This document shows, one piece after another, positions 18,633-30,395 of a DNA stretch of 64,000 nucleotides. The notes under the pieces were generated by a model. That model was given only the letters and a program-made list of their open reading frames with translations. It did not search any database and was not told where the DNA came from. Numbering within the stretch: position 1 is the stretch's first letter; each line of letters begins with the position of its first letter. A program made the translations under genes and the position numbers. Source of the DNA: an uncultured delta proteobacterium (GTDB lineage Bacteria; Myxococcota_A; Polyangia; Polyangiales; Ga0077539); contig CAIMWA010000029.1 in the NCBI GenBank assembly GCA_903845045.1, positions 32-64,031 of the forward strand, in the 5' to 3' direction.

Positions 18633-20093
18633 TTGAGCGCACCGCGCGCGCGCACCGTGGCCATCGTCGGCGCCGGTCCGGCCGGCATGACCGCGGCGTT
18701 CGAGCTGTCGAAGCGCGGCGTCGAGGTCGACGTCTACGAGGCCGGCGCCCACGAGGGCGGGCTCTCGCGCTCCATCGACCTCTGGGGCCAGCGCGTCGAC
18801 CTCGGTCCGCACCGCTTCTTCAGCCAGGACGCGCGCGTGAACCGCGTCTGGCTCGAGGCCGTCGCCGAGCGCTACGCGATGGTCGACCGGCTCACGCGCA
18901 TCTATTACCGACAGAAGTATTTCCACTACCCCCTCCGCGCCGCCGACGCGCTCCGGCAGCTCGGGGGCGTCGAGGCCGCGCGCTGCGTCGCGAGCTACGC
19001 CGTGGAGCGGGGCCGCGCGCTGCGCCACCGCCCCGACGCCGAGACCTTCGAGGACTGGGTCGTCTCCCGCTTCGGGCGCCGCCTCTTCGAGATCTTCTTC
19101 AAGTCGTACAGCGAGAAGCTCTGGGGCATTCCGTGCAGCGAGCTCGACGCCGACTTCGCCGCGCAGCGCATCAAGAAGCTCTCGCTCCTGGAGGCCGCGA
19201 AGAACGCGCTGGGCGCCGGACGCACCACGCACGCGACGCTCGTCGACCGCTTCGCGTACCCCCTCGAGGGCGCCGGCAGCGTCTACGCGGGCATGGCCGA
19301 CGCCGTGCGGCGCCGCGGCGGGCGCATCCATTTCAACGCACCGGTTCGTCACGCCGTGCGCGAGGGCGGGCGCGTGGTGGGCGTCGCCCTCGAGAGCGGC
19401 GAGGTGCGCCGCGTCGACCACGTCGTCTCGACGATGCCCCTGACGCTGCTCGTGCGCTCCCTCGAAGGAACGCCCGACGCGGTGCACGCCGCGGCGTCGT
19501 CGCTGACGTTCCGAAACACCGTGCTCGTCTATCTCCGCGTCGATGCCGAGAGGCTCTTTCCCGACCAGTGGCTCTACATCCACTCGCCGGACCTCATGGC
19601 CGGGCGCGTGACGAACTTCCGCAACTGGGTGCCCGACATCGTGCGCGGCGAGCGGTCGACGATCCTCGCGCTCGAGTACTGGTGCAACGACGCCGACGCC
19701 CTCTGGCGCGAGGACGACGCGACGCTGATCACCCGCGCCCGCCGCGAGCTGGCGCGCACCGGCCTCGCCGCCGAGGCGCTCGTGGGGGCCGGCCACGTCG
19801 TGCGCATCCCGCGGTGCTACCCGGTTTACCGGCGCGGGTATCGCACCGCCCTCGACACCGTCGTCGCGTACCTGCGCGGCGTCGACGGCCTCACCCCCAT
19901 CGGCCGCTACGGCGCCTTCAAGTACAACAACCAGGACCACAGCATCCTCATGGGCCTGCTCGCCGCGCGGAACATCGCCGACGGCGAGCACAACGACCTG
20001 TGGTCCGTGAACACCGACTACGAGAGCTACCAGGAGGCTGCCGTCATCACGGCGACGGGCCTCGAGCCCGCCAAGGGCCCCGACCCGGGCTGA
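18633..20093 (+). CDS. NAD(P)/FAD-dependent oxidoreductase (amine-oxidase / protoporphyrinogen-oxidase-like fold)
   Basis: The N-terminal dinucleotide-binding motif is VAIVGAGPAGMTAAFELSKRGVEVDVYEA..EGG. The start is TTG at 18633; GTG at 18657 is an alternative. Substrate unknown. Confidence 0.8.
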   Translation: MSAPRARTVAIVGAGPAGMTAAFELSKRGVEVDVYEAGAHEGGLSRSIDLWGQRVDLGPHRFFSQDARVNRVWLEAVAERYAMVDRLTRIYYRQKYFHYPLRAADALRQLGGVEAARCVASYAVERGRALRHRPDAETFEDWVVSRFGRRLFEIFFKSYSEKLWGIPCSELDADFAAQRIKKLSLLEAAKNALGAGRTTHATLVDRFAYPLEGAGSVYAGMADAVRRRGGRIHFNAPVRHAVREGGRVVGVALESGEVRRVDHVVSTMPLTLLVRSLEGTPDAVHAAASSLTFRNTVLVYLRVDAERLFPDQWLYIHSPDLMAGRVTNFRNWVPDIVRGERSTILALEYWCNDADALWREDDATLITRARRELARTGLAAEALVGAGHVVRIPRCYPVYRRGYRTALDTVVAYLRGVDGLTPIGRYGAFKYNNQDHSILMGLLAARNIADGEHNDLWSVNTDYESYQEAAVITATGLEPAKGPDPG

Positions 20094-20285
20094 CCGGGCC
20101 GCCCCTTTCCCGGGTCGTTTCCCGCAGCAATTCCCGGGTCTCGCGGGCTCCGTCGGAACGCGCCATTCCCGATGCCAACGCGGGCCGCGGTTGGAGTATC
20201 TTCCGCGGTCGCAGCGAGTCTGACGGCCCAGCTCTGCACCGGTGGAGACCCGTGCGCGTGCAGGCCGCGAAGGATCACTACCGCG

Positions 20286-23200
20286 ATGAGCACCCACGCC
20301 GAGCACGAGGAACTTCTCCGCAACGCCCTTTCCGATCTCGCGGGGGATCCGTCCCGCGAGGCGGCGTGGGATGCCGCCGAGGCGAGCGCGCGGTCTCTGC
20401 AGCGCCCCGACGAGGTCATCGCGCGGTACCGCGACGCCCTCGCGCGCACCGACGTCCCGGGGCTCGCGGCGTCGCTCGGCGAGCGCGCGCTCGCGTTCGT
20501 CGAGGAGTGGTCCGGCGACACCGACGCCCGCGCGTCGATCCTGTCGGCGGTGCTCGCTGCGGAGCCGGCGTCGGCCTGGGCCTTCGAGCGGCTCACCATG
20601 GTCTACACCGTCGACGAGCGGTGGAACGACCTCCTCGCGCTCTACGACCGCACCCTCGCGTCGACGCCCGCCGACGACGCCGCGCGGCGCCGCGCCCTCC
20701 TCGAAGAGGCCGCGAACATCGCCCGCGAGTTCGCCGCGCAGCCCGACCGCGCCGCCACGTACCTCGAGTCGCTCTTCGCCCTCGACCCCGCCGACGGGCA
20801 GACGGCGCGCGCGCTCGAGCGTCTGTACGAGCGCCAGGGCCGGCACCGTGAGCTCATCCACCTCCTCACCGCGCGGCTTCCGCACCTCGGCGCCGACGCG
20901 CAGCGGGCCCAGCGCGCGCGTGTCGCCGGGCTCTTCCTCGACGCGCTCGGTGATGCCGCCGGGGCCCTCGAGGCCGCCGAGGGCATGCTCGCGTCGGGCG
21001 GCGACCGCGCCCCCGCGTGGGGTGTGCTCGAGCGCCTCGGCGCCGTCGAGGGCGACGCCGGCCGCAGCGCCCTCGCGCGCCTTCGAGCCGAGTACGACGC
21101 CGCGGGCCGCCACGAAGACGTCCTGCGCGTCCTCCACCGCGTGCTCGAGGTCTCTCCGTTGGACACCGACGGGGCCACGCGCCGCGAGCTCGCCGACCGG
21201 CTCCGCGCGCTCGGCCGCGAAGGCGACGCCATGCCGCACCTCGCGCGGCTTCTGGTGCTCACCCCCGACTCCGCCGAGGCCCTCGCCGAGCTCACCGCCG
21301 CCGCGGAGCGCAACGGCCGCCTCGACGTCCTCGCCGCCGCCCTCGTCGAGGCCGCCCGCCGTCCCGGCGTGGACGCCGCGCGCCGCCTCGAGCTGCTCGA
21401 GACCGCCGCGGGCGTGCACGCCGACGTCCTCGGAGACCCCGCCGGCGCCGTCGCGCTGCACCGCGAGATCGTCGATGCCCCCGAGGCGGGCGCCGCGGTG
21501 GCGCTGCGCAGCGCGCGGAGCCTCGAGTCGCTCCTCGGCGCAGCGGGCGATGACGCCTCGCACATCGAGGCCCTCGAGCGCCTCGCGCGCCTCGAGGACG
21601 GCGTCGACGCACGCATCGCGGCGTGGGCCAAGGCGGCCTCGCTGGCGTCGTCGTCGGGCGACGTCGATCGCGCCGTGAAGGGGTGGCGCGCCCGCCTCGA
21701 GCTCGCCGCCGGCGACCGCGTCTCCCTCGACGCGCTCGCGGGTCTTCTCCGCACTGCGGGACGCTGGAGCGAGCTCGTCGACGTGCTGCGCGCCCGCGCC
21801 GAGGTGTCCGACGCCGAGCAGCGCCGCGCCGACCTCGAGGCCGTGGCGCAGATCCAGTCGGCGGAGCTCGGCGAGGTCGCCGCGGCCGTCACGACGTGGG
21901 AGGCGATCCGCGAGGCCTTCGGCGAGGACGCCGCGGTGGTCGACGCGCTCGCCGAGCTCTTCGGCCGCGCCGAGCGCTGGAGCGACCTCCTGTCCCTCCT
22001 CGACCGCGCCTGCGAGGGCGAGCAGGACGCCGCGCGCCGGTCCTCGCTTCGGGCGAAGGCCGGAGACGTGCATCGGGCCCGGGGCGACGAGCCCGCGCTG
22101 GCGCTGGCGCAGTACCGCGCCGCCCTCGACGACGAGCCCGCACAGCCCGACGCCCGCGCGGGGATGCAGGCGCTGCTGGCCGATGCGTCGGTGCATCACG
22201 CGGCCACCGAGGCGCTCGACAAGGCGTTCCGCAAGGGCGACGACTGGGCGTCCATCGTCGGGCTCGTCGAGGACCGTCTCGCGGCAGCGCCCGACGCCGC
22301 GGCCACCATCGCGGTGCTCGAGGAGTCTGCGTCGCTGGCCGAGGGGCGTCTCGGTGATGCAGCGAAGGCCCTCGCTCTCCGTGCGCGGGCGCTCCCCGTC
22401 GCGGCGCGGAACGGCGTCTCGTCCGAAGAGCTCGAGCGCGAGATCGAGCGTCTGGCCTCCGCGGCCGGCGAGTGGCGCGTCGTGGCCGATGCCTACCGTG
22501 CGGCCCGCGATGCGAGCGAAGGAGCCGTGTCGCAGCGCATGGCCCTGCGCCTCGGCGAGGTGCTCGACGACACCCTCGGCGACCACGAGGGCGCCCTCGA
22601 GGCGTTCTCCGCCGTCGCTCGCGCCGATCGGTCCGACCTCCGCGCGGCCGCCGCGACGGTGCGCGTGAGCCTGGGCACCTCGAAGTGGGACAGCGCGGCC
22701 GACGCCTTCGTGGCGAGCTGCGTGGCCCTCGATCGCCTCGACGGCGACCTCGTCGAGACCTTCGACGCCGCCGTCGACGCGAGCGCCGAGCCGTCGGTGG
22801 CGTGGGGCAGCGCCCTCGCGGCCGTCGATGCGACGTTGCATGCTTCGGAGCCGCCCGCGCCGCTGCGCGCGGCGTTGCTGACCTGGGCGGCCCAGCGCCA
22901 CGCCGACGGGCGCGGCGACCTCGACGCCGCCGAGGCGTTCCTCGGCCGCGCGGTGGCCCTCGACAAGACCGACGTCGCGCGCCTCGAGCGCTATGCGGCG
23001 CTGCAGCGGCGTCACCCCGGCCACGCGCTGGTCAAGACGCTCCGGGCCCTCGACGAGGCCCAGGGCGACGTGCCCGCAGGGCTCGCGGCGCTCCGCGAGG
23101 CGGCCGAGGTCGAGCTCGCCACCGCCGACGATCGCACCGAGGCCCGGACCATCCTCCGCGACCTGCTCGCGCGCAGCGCGGCGCACTGGGAGCGAGGCGA

Positions 23201-26200
23201 CGCCGCCGCGCGCGACCACGCCACGTGGACCATGCGCTCCCTCGTGGACCTCTATGCATCGGGCGGAGAGCACGAGTACGCGGTGCAGCTCCTGCTGGCC
23301 GCGGCGAAGCTCCCGTTCGCGCCCGACGAGGCGCGGGTGCTCCGCTCCGAGGCCGCGCAGCGCGCCGCCCGGGACCTCGCCGATGGCCCGCGCGCCATGG
23401 CGATCTACGAGTCGCTGCTCGCCGAGGTCCCCGACGACGCGGCGGTCATCGCGGCGCTCGCGTCCCTCTACGACGCGGCGTCGATGAGGGCGGAGCTCCT
23501 GACGCTGCGGCAGCACGAGCTGTCCCTCGCCACGGAGCCCGCGCAGCGCATGCAACTGCGCATGGACATCGCGCGGAACCAGCGCGCCCTCGGCGACGAC
23601 GACGCCGCGCTGGCGTCGTACCGCGACAACCTCGCCGAGCGCCCCGGCGACGCGGCGACCATCGAGGCCGCCCGCACGCTCCTCGAGGGCGCGCGCAGCG
23701 CCGAGCTCCACGGCATCCTCGTCGCCCAGGCCGCGGCCCTCGACGAGGCCTCGGAGCACGGCGGAAGCGCGCTCTGGCTCGCGGCGGCGACGGTGGCCGA
23801 GCGCGACCTGCACGACGCCGCGGCGGCCATCGATGGCTTCGAGCGGCTCGCCGCGCGCGGCGACGACCCCTCGGCGCTCGACGCCCTCGCGCGGCTGTAT
23901 GCCGCCAAGGGCGAGCCGGCGACGGCGGCGGGCTTCCTCGAGCGTCGCCTCGCGCACGCCGACGGGGCAGACCGCCGGGCCGTCGTCGCGGCGCTGTCCC
24001 GCGTGTACGTCGCCTGCGGCGACACCGACCGCGCCCGCGCCGTGCTCGAGGCCCAGCTCCACCACGACGAGGACGCCTCGGAGCTGCGCGGCCACCTCGC
24101 GTCCCTCTATCGCGAGGCCGGCCGCTGGGAGTCCCTCGCGGCGCTGCTCACCTCGTCCGAGGGGCGCGCGCCGACCGCGGCGGACCTCCGCGAGGCTGCC
24201 GAGATTCTTCACCGCCGCCTCGCGAGCCCCGAGCGCGCGGTGCCGGTGCTCGAGGCCGCGGCTGCTGCTTCGCCCGACGACCGCGCGCTGCGCGTGGCCC
24301 TTGCCGATGCGCTGCGCGCTTGCGGACGCCTCGACGAGGCCGCCGCGATGCTCGAGGCCCTGGTCGAGAGCTACGGGCGGCAGCGCCCCGCGGAGCGCGC
24401 CCAGGCCCACCACCAGCTCGCGCTCATCGCGCGCAGCCGCGGCGACGTGACCGCCGCGCTCGTGCAGCTCGACCTCGCCACCGGCGTCGACATCGGCCAC
24501 GCGGCCGCGTTCCGGCTCCTCGGCGAGCTCGCCCGCGAGGCCGGCCTCCTCGACCGCGCCGAGCGCGCGTACCGCGCCCTGCTCCTCATCGTGCGACGGC
24601 ACGCCCCGTCGCCGTCCGACGACCTCCCGGCGCCGTCGGAGGTGCTCCTCGAACTGTATCGCGTCGCGCGCGAGCTCGGTCAGCACGACCGCGCCGCGGA
24701 GACCCTCGAGACGGCCTTCGAGACCGCCCAGCGCTCCGACGCCGACGCGCTCCGCTTCGAGCGCGCGCTGCAAGCCGCCGGCGAGCACGATCTCCTTCTT
24801 CGCGCGGTGCGTGCGCGCGCCGATCGCGAGACGACGCCCGCGGCCCGGGCGGCGGCCCTCGCCGCTGCGGCAGAGCTCCTCGAAGGCCCCCTCGGACGTC
24901 CCGCCGAGGCCCTCGACGTCCTCCTCGACGCCGTCGCGTTGCAGCCCGGTGATGCGACGTTGCATGACACCGCGCTTCGCGCTGCCCGGTCCCTCGATGC
25001 TGTGCCGCGGTACGCCGCGGTGCTCGGCGCCGCCCTCGACGCTGCGCGCTCCGGCGGCGGCGCGGACTTCGGCGCCCTGGCCCTGCGCATGGCCGACGTG
25101 CGCGCCCTGGACCTCGGCGATCCCGCGGGCGCCGTGGCGCTGTGTCGCGAGGCCGAGGCGTCCGACGACCGCGCCGTGCGCGTCGCCGCGTGGGAGGGAC
25201 TCGACCGTGCCTTCGCGGCGCTCGGCGACACCGCCCAGCGCGTCGCCGTCCTTCGTGCCCTCACCGAAGAGGACCCCGACGGCGCCGGCGGCCACGCGTG
25301 GCGCCTCGCCGAGCTGCTCCTGGCTTCGGGCGACGGTGAAGCTCTCGACGAGGGGCTCGCGTGGGTGGCCGCGGCGCACGAGCGCGCACCGGACCTCGCC
25401 CGCGCCTCGGGGCTCTTGCAGGCCGCCGCGGCGGCGTGGCCGGATCGTGCGCCGGTGCTCGACCTGTACGAGCGTGTGGCCCGGGAGTCCGGCGGCGGCG
25501 AGGCCCTCCTCGACGTCTACGAACGCCGCGCGGCGCTGCCCGACGCGTCCTGGGAGACGCTGCATCAGGCCGTCGAGCTCGCCATGGACCTCCGCTCCAC
25601 CGAGCGCGCCGAGGCGCTGCTGCGGCAGGCGGTGTCGCTCGGCGCCGAGCGCGGCGACGAGGTGTCGTCGGCGTGGGCGATGGTGGCGCTGGCCCGCATC
25701 CGGGAGTCCGCCGGCGACCCCGACGAGGCGGTGCGATGGCTCCGCCGCGCGGCGGCGCACCTCGAGCCCGGCGAGGCGACGCAGCTCGAGCTGCACGTCG
25801 CGGCGCTCGCGGCCGGGGCCCTCGGCGACCTCGCCCTCGCGGCGGACACGTATGCACGGCTGCATGCTGCGGATCCGGCGAACCGCGCGGTGTGGGAGCC
25901 GCTGCTCGCGGTGTACCGGCGCCTCGGCGACGACGCCCGCCTCGAGGCGCTCATCGACGAGACCGTGGGCAACGTCTTCGACCCCGCGGACCGCAAGCAC
26001 CTGCGCATGGAGCGCGCGCGCATCCTTCTCGGGCGCCCCGGCGGCGACGAGGCGGCCATGGAGGCGCTCCGAGCCCTCCTCGACGAGGACCCCGACGACA
26101 CCGCGGCGACGACGATGCTCGCGGATCTCTACGAGCGGGCGGGCCGCTCCGACGACCTCGCCGAGCTGCTCTTCGCGCGCTTCGACAGCGCCCGCGACCG

Positions 26201-28034
26201 CGCCGACGCCGAAGGCGTGAAGGTGCTTGGACTGCGCCTAGCGGGCCTCCTCGCCGAGGCGCGTCGCGAGCGCGCCCTCGACGTGCTTCGCAGCGCCTGC
26301 GAGGTGGCCCCGGACGACGCGGACCTGCTCTCTGCGCTTCAGGCTCAGCTCACCTCCGACGACCCCGTGGACGAGCGTGCGTCGGTGCTCGAGCGGCTGT
26401 TGACGAAGCGCGTCGGCGTCGAGGCGGCGTCGCTGGCGCTGGCCCTCGCGGCGCTGCGCGAGCAGCAGGACGACGCGGCGGGCGTCGAGCGCGCCCTCGA
26501 GGCGGCCTTCGCGGCGACGCCGGGCGACGCCGTGGTGCGCGGGCAGCTCGAGGAGCGGTATGCAGCACGTGGTGCGCACGCGGAGCTCGCCTCGGTGCGC
26601 GAGCGTTACGCCCGCCAGATCGAGGTCCCCGAGGAGCGCGCGGCGGTGCTCGTCGAGGCGGCGCGGATGCACCGCGACGTGCTCGGCGATTCGTCCCGCG
26701 CGGCGGTGCTGCTTGGCGAGGCGCGGGAGCTCCTCCCCGCCGACCGCGGGCTGCTGGGCGAGTACGCCCGGGCGCTCGCCGCGGCGGGACGTCACGCCGA
26801 CGCCATCGCCGCGGTCTCCGGGGAGCTCGGCGCGGTGGACGCCGCCGATGCGACCGGACTGCTTCGGCTGCGCGCAGAGCTCCGCGGTGCCTCCGGCGAT
26901 CGGGCCGGCGCCGTGGAGGATCTCGAGGCGGCGTATGCAACGTCGCCGGGTGACGTGGCGGCGGAGTTCGCCGGCGCCCTCGAGGCCCGGCGTCGCGAGG
27001 CGCGGTCGTCCGGTGACGTCTCCGCGGCGCGCGTGGCGACGCTGCGCCTCGCGGAGGTGCTCCCGGCGCTCGGGCGCTCCGACGAGGCCGCGCAGCTCCT
27101 CGTGGCCTGGGTGGCCGACGAGCCCGAGGACCGTGCGGCGCTGCGGGTTCTCGCCGCGCTCCACGGCGACGCCGCGCGATGGACCGAGGCGGCGGCGCTC
27201 TTTCACCGCCTCGTCGCGCTCGAGGAGGGGCCCGCGCGCGCCGACGCCGCGGTGCGCCTCGCCGACGCGTGCTCGCAGGCCGGCCGCCCGACCGATGCGC
27301 GGGCGGGGCTGCAACGTGCCTACGAGGCCGACCTCGACAACGCCGTGCTGCGCGACCGCCTGCGCCGGCTCTACGAGGCCATGGGCCTCTTCCACGACGC
27401 CGCGAAGCTGTGGACCGACGCCGCCGAGCGCAGCGCCGATCCGGCGCAGCAATTCGAGGGCTTCAAGCGCGCCGGCGAGATCTTCATGGACAACGCGTCG
27501 GAGCCCGCGATGGCGGTGGAGCCGCTGCAGCGCGCGCTCGCCCTGCGCCCCACGGACCACGACGTCACCGTGCTCCTCGTCGACGCGTACACGGCCGCGC
27601 AGCGCCTCGAGGACGCCTCGAAGCTGCTCAACGCCGCCATCGCGACGCACAAGAACCGCCGCTCCAAGGAGCTCGCGACGCTGCAGCACCGCATGGGGCG
27701 CCTCGCCTACGCCGCGGCCGACCACGCCGTGGAGATGGCCTGGCTCAACGCCGCCCTCGACACCGACCCGCAGAACGGACAGGTCGCGGCCGAGCTCGCC
27801 GACGCCGCGATGGAGCAGTCGAACTTCGAGATCGCGCAGAAGGCCCTGCGCGCCATCGCGCTCATGAAGAACCCCGGTCCCATGAGCCGCGCCATGGCGT
27901 TCCTGCGCCAGGGCATGATCGCGCGGAGCCAGGGTGACGCGAAGAAGGCCGTCTTCCTCGCGCGCAAGGCCCTCTCCGAGGACCCGGCGCTCGAGGAGGC
28001 GCGGGTGTTCCTTCGCGAGATCGGCGCCGAGTGA
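20286..28034 (+). CDS. Giant all-helical TPR-like repeat protein (2582 aa)
   Basis: I trimmed the track ORF 20172..28034 to the ATG at 20286 (MSTHAEHEELL). The frame is continuous with balanced A/L/E/R/D composition. Helical-hairpin repeats of about 34-40 aa recur (A...Y...L...P.D..A...L). I see no signal peptide, TM segment or P-loop. Confidence 0.85.
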   Translation: MSTHAEHEELLRNALSDLAGDPSREAAWDAAEASARSLQRPDEVIARYRDALARTDVPGLAASLGERALAFVEEWSGDTDARASILSAVLAAEPASAWAFERLTMVYTVDERWNDLLALYDRTLASTPADDAARRRALLEEAANIAREFAAQPDRAATYLESLFALDPADGQTARALERLYERQGRHRELIHLLTARLPHLGADAQRAQRARVAGLFLDALGDAAGALEAAEGMLASGGDRAPAWGVLERLGAVEGDAGRSALARLRAEYDAAGRHEDVLRVLHRVLEVSPLDTDGATRRELADRLRALGREGDAMPHLARLLVLTPDSAEALAELTAAAERNGRLDVLAAALVEAARRPGVDAARRLELLETAAGVHADVLGDPAGAVALHREIVDAPEAGAAVALRSARSLESLLGAAGDDASHIEALERLARLEDGVDARIAAWAKAASLASSSGDVDRAVKGWRARLELAAGDRVSLDALAGLLRTAGRWSELVDVLRARAEVSDAEQRRADLEAVAQIQSAELGEVAAAVTTWEAIREAFGEDAAVVDALAELFGRAERWSDLLSLLDRACEGEQDAARRSSLRAKAGDVHRARGDEPALALAQYRAALDDEPAQPDARAGMQALLADASVHHAATEALDKAFRKGDDWASIVGLVEDRLAAAPDAAATIAVLEESASLAEGRLGDAAKALALRARALPVAARNGVSSEELEREIERLASAAGEWRVVADAYRAARDASEGAVSQRMALRLGEVLDDTLGDHEGALEAFSAVARADRSDLRAAAATVRVSLGTSKWDSAADAFVASCVALDRLDGDLVETFDAAVDASAEPSVAWGSALAAVDATLHASEPPAPLRAALLTWAAQRHADGRGDLDAAEAFLGRAVALDKTDVARLERYAALQRRHPGHALVKTLRALDEAQGDVPAGLAALREAAEVELATADDRTEARTILRDLLARSAAHWERGDAAARDHATWTMRSLVDLYASGGEHEYAVQLLLAAAKLPFAPDEARVLRSEAAQRAARDLADGPRAMAIYESLLAEVPDDAAVIAALASLYDAASMRAELLTLRQHELSLATEPAQRMQLRMDIARNQRALGDDDAALASYRDNLAERPGDAATIEAARTLLEGARSAELHGILVAQAAALDEASEHGGSALWLAAATVAERDLHDAAAAIDGFERLAARGDDPSALDALARLYAAKGEPATAAGFLERRLAHADGADRRAVVAALSRVYVACGDTDRARAVLEAQLHHDEDASELRGHLASLYREAGRWESLAALLTSSEGRAPTAADLREAAEILHRRLASPERAVPVLEAAAAASPDDRALRVALADALRACGRLDEAAAMLEALVESYGRQRPAERAQAHHQLALIARSRGDVTAALVQLDLATGVDIGHAAAFRLLGELAREAGLLDRAERAYRALLLIVRRHAPSPSDDLPAPSEVLLELYRVARELGQHDRAAETLETAFETAQRSDADALRFERALQAAGEHDLLLRAVRARADRETTPAARAAALAAAAELLEGPLGRPAEALDVLLDAVALQPGDATLHDTALRAARSLDAVPRYAAVLGAALDAARSGGGADFGALALRMADVRALDLGDPAGAVALCREAEASDDRAVRVAAWEGLDRAFAALGDTAQRVAVLRALTEEDPDGAGGHAWRLAELLLASGDGEALDEGLAWVAAAHERAPDLARASGLLQAAAAAWPDRAPVLDLYERVARESGGGEALLDVYERRAALPDASWETLHQAVELAMDLRSTERAEALLRQAVSLGAERGDEVSSAWAMVALARIRESAGDPDEAVRWLRRAAAHLEPGEATQLELHVAALAAGALGDLALAADTYARLHAADPANRAVWEPLLAVYRRLGDDARLEALIDETVGNVFDPADRKHLRMERARILLGRPGGDEAAMEALRALLDEDPDDTAATTMLADLYERAGRSDDLAELLFARFDSARDRADAEGVKVLGLRLAGLLAEARRERALDVLRSACEVAPDDADLLSALQAQLTSDDPVDERASVLERLLTKRVGVEAASLALALAALREQQDDAAGVERALEAAFAATPGDAVVRGQLEERYAARGAHAELASVRERYARQIEVPEERAAVLVEAARMHRDVLGDSSRAAVLLGEARELLPADRGLLGEYARALAAAGRHADAIAAVSGELGAVDAADATGLLRLRAELRGASGDRAGAVEDLEAAYATSPGDVAAEFAGALEARRREARSSGDVSAARVATLRLAEVLPALGRSDEAAQLLVAWVADEPEDRAALRVLAALHGDAARWTEAAALFHRLVALEEGPARADAAVRLADACSQAGRPTDARAGLQRAYEADLDNAVLRDRLRRLYEAMGLFHDAAKLWTDAAERSADPAQQFEGFKRAGEIFMDNASEPAMAVEPLQRALALRPTDHDVTVLLVDAYTAAQRLEDASKLLNAAIATHKNRRSKELATLQHRMGRLAYAAADHAVEMAWLNAALDTDPQNGQVAAELADAAMEQSNFEIAQKALRAIALMKNPGPMSRAMAFLRQGMIARSQGDAKKAVFLARKALSEDPALEEARVFLREIGAE

Positions 28035-28055
28035 CCGCCGGCGCCCGCCCGGGCG

Positions 28056-28574
28056 TCAGCTCTTCGCGAAGATCCGCAGCGCGACGTTCTCCGCGCTGAC
28101 GCCGAGGCCCTCGCGGCGCAGCGTCGCGACGGCGTCGAGCCACGCGCGGGCCACGCGTCCCCGGTCTAGCCGGCCGACGGCGCGAGGGTCCGTCGCGCGG
28201 AGCAGGTCGAGCGTGCGACTCGCGTCGACGAGCAGGTGATGGCGCTTGGCGTCGAAGGCGAGGCTGACCGGAAGCATCCACGGATCCGACGCCACGCCGT
28301 CGTCGTCGGCGGGCGCCGTGGCGGCCGGCGCGCTCGAGCCCTCGGCGTCGTCGTCGGCCTCGCCCCGAAGCCACGGAACCGACGTGCCCAGGGCCGTCGC
28401 GAGGGCGTCCTGCGTCGACTGCAGCAGCCCGCGGATGTGGCCGTTCTCGATGCGCGAGATCGCCTCCTGCGAAAGCCCGCTCCGCGTCGAGAGGTCGGCC
28501 TGCGTGAGGCCCAGCGCCAGCCGCCGCGCGTGCACCCTCTCACCGTCGAGCCCCGCCGCGATCGATCGAGCCAT
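28056..28574 (-). CDS. XRE-family helix-turn-helix transcriptional regulator with an uncharacterised C-terminal domain
   Basis: I trimmed to the ATG at 28574. RRLALGLTQADLSTRSGLSQEAISRIENG is a classic XRE/Cro HTH. An acidic linker follows, then an unknown domain of about 85 aa. The gene is divergent from the kinase gene. Confidence 0.85.
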   Translation of the reverse strand: MARSIAAGLDGERVHARRLALGLTQADLSTRSGLSQEAISRIENGHIRGLLQSTQDALATALGTSVPWLRGEADDDAEGSSAPAATAPADDDGVASDPWMLPVSLAFDAKRHHLLVDASRTLDLLRATDPRAVGRLDRGRVARAWLDAVATLRREGLGVSAENVALRIFAKS

Positions 28575-28682
28575 GGGTCGAAGCCTAGGTTGATCAGATT
28601 GCATCGGGCAAGCGCCTGCGGCGCGCGCAGCGCATCACTGGCGGCCGTCCGCGCCCGAGGACTATGCTCCGCCGCGCCCGTC

Positions 28683-30305
<1,623 letters not shown>

Positions 30306-30395
30306 CGCCGTGCCGACCCGGATGCGTTCGTCCAGACGTTGCGTTCCCGGCCCGAGGGTGAAATCCTGCGGCGGGGTCGAAGCCCCGCGCCCTCG

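Noticed and set aside
28035-28055. Terminator between the TPR gene and the XRE gene.
   Set aside because: Only a weak 5-6-bp cgcccg/cgggcg pairing exists in the 21-bp gap. That is too weak to call as a feature.
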